Shown here piece after piece: positions 60,450-64,000 of a stretch of DNA of 64,000 bases (position 1 is the first letter of the stretch; each line of letters begins with the position of its first letter). A program made the position numbers and the translations under genes. This DNA comes from Candidatus Thorarchaeota archaeon (GTDB lineage: Archaea > Asgardarchaeota > Thorarchaeia > Thorarchaeales > Thorarchaeaceae), in NCBI GenBank assembly GCA_019057475.1, contig DXJO01000004.1, positions 64,001-128,000 of the forward strand. Reading direction: 5' to 3'. The notes beneath the pieces are model-generated. The model was not told the origin of the DNA and ran no database searches. It saw nothing but the letters and a program-made list of their open reading frames with translations.

Positions 60450-60883
60450 TCATCCGTGTCCTCAACAAAATCGCCTGACTCACTGTGGATGTCCTTATAG
60501 AAGTCGTCTGGCTCGCTGTAGATTTCATCATAGACGTCATCGGACTCACTATTAGATTCAAGTCCTCTGCCCACTAAGAGCTTGATTATCTTGATGAGTG
60601 TATTCTCTGCCGCGCCATGAGATCCCCAGTTAATGTTGAGTATTCCTCCCCCTCCGCCACTTGCCACGACGGTTATCGCGCATTTTCTGGTATCTGACAG
60701 CTGCTCCACAACTACGCTAATGGTTTGGTAGCTGCTTGTTCTAAACACATACTCATCGTGAATGAACAGCCCCACTAATCCGACTTCATTATGCCATACT
60801 CTACTGAACTTCCTGGAGTATCGCCGTTTCAGAACATCCAGTATTTTTCTTGTGAACTCCCCAGGGACCTCTATCGTTTTCAT
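60446..60883 (-). CDS. Hypothetical protein with acidic tail
   Basis: [31 protein letters not shown] motif. Confidence 0.7.
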   Translation of the reverse strand: MKTIEVPGEFTRKILDVLKRRYSRKFSRVWHNEVGLVGLFIHDEYVFRTSSYQTISVVVEQLSDTRKCAITVVASGGGGGILNINWGSHGAAENTLIKIIKLLVGRGLESNSESDDVYDEIYSEPDDFYKDIHSESGDFVEDTDD

Positions 60884-61044
60884 CTGTTGCTTTCCTACAT
60901 GAGATGCCTTGCGGCAGTGTCCTCAGGTACTTGTTGTTTTGAAAACATATTAAGATGCAGTAGGTTTCGTTAACTTCGCGGAATTAGGACTAGGCTAGTC
61001 CTTAATAGCCGCTTTGAGCTCTAGAAATGTAGCAACATGGTTAT

Positions 61045-62436
61045 TTGGTGGATACCGACATGTTAACTCGGCTACAGAAGTTCTACTTCGGGATGGCCCG
61101 TTTGGGGCCAAGCGTTATGCTCGACATGCTTGACTTGGCGAGCGCGCTGTTTTATTTCTCAATACAGGATCTGTCGGCTTTTCACACCGGCGTAGCTATC
61201 GCGATGAGCTACATTTCTATCATGGTTTCCGAACTTACATTTGGGAATCTAAGCGACAGGTTCTCTTCCAAGAAATGGGGCCGCAGAAAGCCGTTCATCA
61301 TGGTTGGTGCTCCATTGATGGCAGTGACATTTCTCCTCATCTTCACGCCACACCTGTTCTTGGTACAAGGTGATTCATGGGGCCTGTTCATTTACGCCCT
61401 CGTCACAATGAGTCTGTTCAAGGTCTGCTACGGAATGACGATGACTCCGTTCCAATCATGGATGCCTGAACTAACCGAACCAGAAGAGCGTCCTTCAGTA
61501 TCCTCCTGGCAAAACGTGGCAAACTTCCTTGGCTTCGTGATAGGCACATTTGGGACTGCGTTCATTGCGATTGAGGCTGCGGCATGGGGGCTACCAACTG
61601 AGATTCTAGTCATGATTCTGCTCTTCAGTGCGATTCAGTTGATTGGTTTCGTCGCACCAGTTGCCAACCTGAAGAGAGAAGGTAAGTCTATACTCAAACC
61701 TAGTTTCACCAAGGACATCGGCAGAGTCCTTAGGAATCGTGATTTCGTTGGGTGGTTGGTGGCACAGGGCTTGTTATCAGTTGGAATTGCTATGACTATG
61801 AAATCCACTTTCCCATACATCTACGATTATCTTGTCTTCGGAACGACGGAATTCCTGATCTTTGCTGTGGAGCTGTTGTCTGTTGTGTTCATCTTCTTCA
61901 TGATATATCAGTGGATGATCAAGAACAGAGGTAAGAGGTTGACGTTGCAGTTCGCAATGCTTCTGATTGCATTGTCACTGCCTTTCACATTCGTGATTAC
62001 AGATGCAATTGGAGGCTTTGCCTTGATTGCCTTCGCAGGGGCCGGGATTGCTGGTTACTATTTGTTCCCCTACATCGTGTATGCGGACTTCGCACACAAG
62101 GATGAGATAATCACTGGTGAAGGTCGTGCAGGATTCTACACCAGCTTTCCGTCGATTCCCATCAACGGCATGCAAGCGTTCTCAGCGATTCTCTGGGGTT
62201 TAATATTCAGCTTACCTGCTATTGTTCCCGTTCCGGGCGACCCCACCGCAGATTTGGTGACTCAGGGCTACTTGTATTGGGGGCCCATCTCTGCCATCTT
62301 CATCTTGCTGGCCATTCTTGTACTGTTCAAGGTGGATCTGGACCCGGACTTCAACGCCTTGAAGGCTCAGTACGAATCAAGCGATACCCCTATTGCGGAG
62401 GAAGGCTCAGCCGTCAAGTCTGATGGAGAGGAGTAA
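61045..62436 (+). CDS. MFS transporter, GPH/MelB-like
   Basis: GNLSDR..SKKWGRRKPF, PEL..PEER, 12 TM. Confidence 0.9.
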   Translation: MVDTDMLTRLQKFYFGMARLGPSVMLDMLDLASALFYFSIQDLSAFHTGVAIAMSYISIMVSELTFGNLSDRFSSKKWGRRKPFIMVGAPLMAVTFLLIFTPHLFLVQGDSWGLFIYALVTMSLFKVCYGMTMTPFQSWMPELTEPEERPSVSSWQNVANFLGFVIGTFGTAFIAIEAAAWGLPTEILVMILLFSAIQLIGFVAPVANLKREGKSILKPSFTKDIGRVLRNRDFVGWLVAQGLLSVGIAMTMKSTFPYIYDYLVFGTTEFLIFAVELLSVVFIFFMIYQWMIKNRGKRLTLQFAMLLIALSLPFTFVITDAIGGFALIAFAGAGIAGYYLFPYIVYADFAHKDEIITGEGRAGFYTSFPSIPINGMQAFSAILWGLIFSLPAIVPVPGDPTADLVTQGYLYWGPISAIFILLAILVLFKVDLDPDFNALKAQYESSDTPIAEEGSAVKSDGEE

Positions 62437-62451
62437 GCAGTTAATGGAGTT

Positions 62452-62490
62452 CGGTATCCTGCGCAGGGATGCCGTTCTCTATTCCTTTTG
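62452..62490 (+). terminator. Hairpin plus pyrimidine tract after the MFS gene
   Basis: CGGTATCCT-GCGCA-GGGATGCCG then TTCTCTATTCCTTTT. Confidence 0.45.
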
Positions 62491-62522
62491 TCGCCATGCG
62501 GAGTTTGAATCATTCATAACGC

Positions 62523-62559
62523 TTATATATATCACATTTGATATCACGCGTGATATCAC
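62523..62559 (+). promoter_or_regulatory. TATA box plus perfect 20-bp palindromic operator upstream of the PadR gene
   Basis: TTATATAT at 62523-62530; TGATATCACGCGTGATATCA at 62539-62558; ATATCAC three times at 12-bp spacing. Confidence 0.7.
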
Positions 62560-62594
62560 TAATGACATAAGTCAGTCATAATAGGTGTAAAGTC

Positions 62595-63353
62595 ATGCAT
62601 CCATTTGCTAGAGTGGCAAAGGTATTCCTTGAGAAGGGCGCGACAAGCCCCAAGACCGCTCTCAAATGGAAAGAACTCGGTTTCTCAATGGAACTAAAGA
62701 AGAGAGTTGATGCAACGCAGGGTAAGGACAATCCCGTCATACGCACAGATGGGAAATACTACCTCTCGAAGACGTGTCTGGAAGCGTTTCGGACGCGAAT
62801 GAGGCAAGCTCACCCGATGAGGCGTTGGCTCCAGCACACTGCCGCTGTGCCCAAGGGATTCCTCAGGTATCGAGTCATGCAGCTTCTCAAGGAGCGACCC
62901 ATGTCAGGGTCCGAATTGACCTCTGAGGTCGAGAAGGAAACCGGTGGTCGCTGGAAACCGAAGCCTGGGTCCATGTATCCGTTGCTGAAACATCTACTGA
63001 AAGATGGGCTCACAACGGAGCTACCAGTTGAAGGTGGAATTAAGAGGTATGAACTCACTGAAGAAGGCAAGACTTTCTTCGAGGAGGACGTCTGTGGAAG
63101 TGGAGAAATCCGGGCAAAGCTGGGTTTCGGGCATTTTCCAATGCACTCTTTTCCCTTCCTATCTGGACTCTCTGATGCCGAGCTTGAATCGCTTCCTCCT
63201 CCTCAAAGGGTGCTCTTGGGACTGGCATCGCTGCGACGCATCATGGCTATCGATGTTTCTGAGAAGGCAATGTCCGAGGTGGAGGATATGATGATCCGCT
63301 TCGCCAACGAGATTGAGAAGCTAGTCAAGAAATATTCGAAACCTGCCGATTGA
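62595..63353 (+). CDS. PadR family transcriptional regulator with N-terminal extension
   Basis: KGFLRYRVMQLLKERPMSGSEL, WKPKPGSMYPLL, KRYELTEEG. Confidence 0.9.
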   Translation: MHPFARVAKVFLEKGATSPKTALKWKELGFSMELKKRVDATQGKDNPVIRTDGKYYLSKTCLEAFRTRMRQAHPMRRWLQHTAAVPKGFLRYRVMQLLKERPMSGSELTSEVEKETGGRWKPKPGSMYPLLKHLLKDGLTTELPVEGGIKRYELTEEGKTFFEEDVCGSGEIRAKLGFGHFPMHSFPFLSGLSDAELESLPPPQRVLLGLASLRRIMAIDVSEKAMSEVEDMMIRFANEIEKLVKKYSKPAD

Positions 63354-63392
63354 CCTTTGCTATTAGTGACCTATTAACAAAGGTGTAAAGAA

Positions 63393-64000
63393 TTGACAAC
63401 AGTATTGGAAGTAGAAGACATAACAAAGACATACATGATGGGAGAAATTCCTGTCAATGCCCTGCGTGGACTCAGCTTTGAAGTTGAGAGCGGCGAGTAT
63501 ATCGCAGTTGTGGGTCCCTCGGGAAGTGGAAAGTCAACGCTGCTTAACATGATTGGTGCTCTTGATAGACCTACCAGCGGGAAACTTATGATTGAAGGTG
63601 TTGATGTGTCGACTCTCAGCGACAATCAGCTGGCGGATACAAGGAAGAACGTTGGATTTGTCTTCCAATTCTTCAATTTAATTCCGCGGCTAGATGCTCG
63701 GGGCAATGTGGACTTGCCATTGGCCATCGCCGGTGTTCCGAGAAGCGAGAGAAAGAAACGCACCGAAGAGGTGCTGACAAGCGTTGGGCTGGAAGATAGA
63801 ATGCACCACAAGTCATCTGAACTCAGCGGTGGTGAGCGCCAACGTGTGGCGGTAGCGCGGGCGATTGTGACCAACCCCGCATTCATACTTATGGATGAGC
63901 CCACGGGAAACCTCGACTCGAAGACAGGTGGAGAAATCATGGACCTTGTGAAACAGCTAAACGAAAAACAAGGGGTCACCCTGATTGTAGTAACTCATGA
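63393..64000 (+). CDS. LolD/MacB-type ABC ATP-binding protein (partial, runs off the window)
   Basis: TTG start; GPSGSGKST, GFVFQFFNL, LSGGERQRVA, DEPTGNLD, VTHD. Confidence 0.93.
   Translation, partial: MTTVLEVEDITKTYMMGEIPVNALRGLSFEVESGEYIAVVGPSGSGKSTLLNMIGALDRPTSGKLMIEGVDVSTLSDNQLADTRKNVGFVFQFFNLIPRLDARGNVDLPLAIAGVPRSERKKRTEEVLTSVGLEDRMHHKSSELSGGERQRVAVARAIVTNPAFILMDEPTGNLDSKTGGEIMDLVKQLNEKQGVTLIVVTH

Noticed and set aside
1-64000. CRISPR arrays, tRNA/rRNA genes, IS elements, selenoprotein (in-frame TGA) genes
   Set aside because: No regularly spaced repeats, cloverleaf or rRNA signatures, transposase motifs or conserved in-frame TGA were seen by eye; tRNAscan-SE, Infernal and ISEScan runs would be needed to exclude them formally

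Overview
Gene-dense archaeal chromosomal segment, most likely an Asgard archaeon of the Thorarchaeia type. This is inferred from three Rab/Ras-like small GTPases, archaeal-style membrane-anchored solute-binding proteins and a heavy peptide-scavenging gene load; no marker gene is present to confirm it. The window holds two oligopeptide ABC operons, S9, M20, M48 and TldD/E peptidases, a class I GAPDH, CopA, a multi-PAS histidine kinase, YcaQ, rubredoxin and several transporters. No rRNA, tRNA, CRISPR array or transposase was seen. The standout is a candidate RiPP/protein-modification locus at 2546-6688. A radical SAM/SPASM enzyme with the motifs of the PlpX/TIGR03913 (Tyr-Gly splicease) family is followed by four paralogous single-TM small proteins that all carry, at or near the C-terminus, the core TY(V/L)PGTxY(G/A)(S/A)IxP(K/R)DF, and then by a SAM-methyltransferase-TPR fusion. 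Other notable items are an unannotated, frameshifted prokaryotic Argonaute remnant at about 18981-19216, at the edge of a low-GC block (about 13400-18870); an M48 protease with an EF-hand-like loop; and several disrupted genes (citrate synthase-like, MFS, an SBP with an in-frame TAG, an M20 remnant and a deleted surface protein). All family calls come from motif recognition by eye, not database searches.
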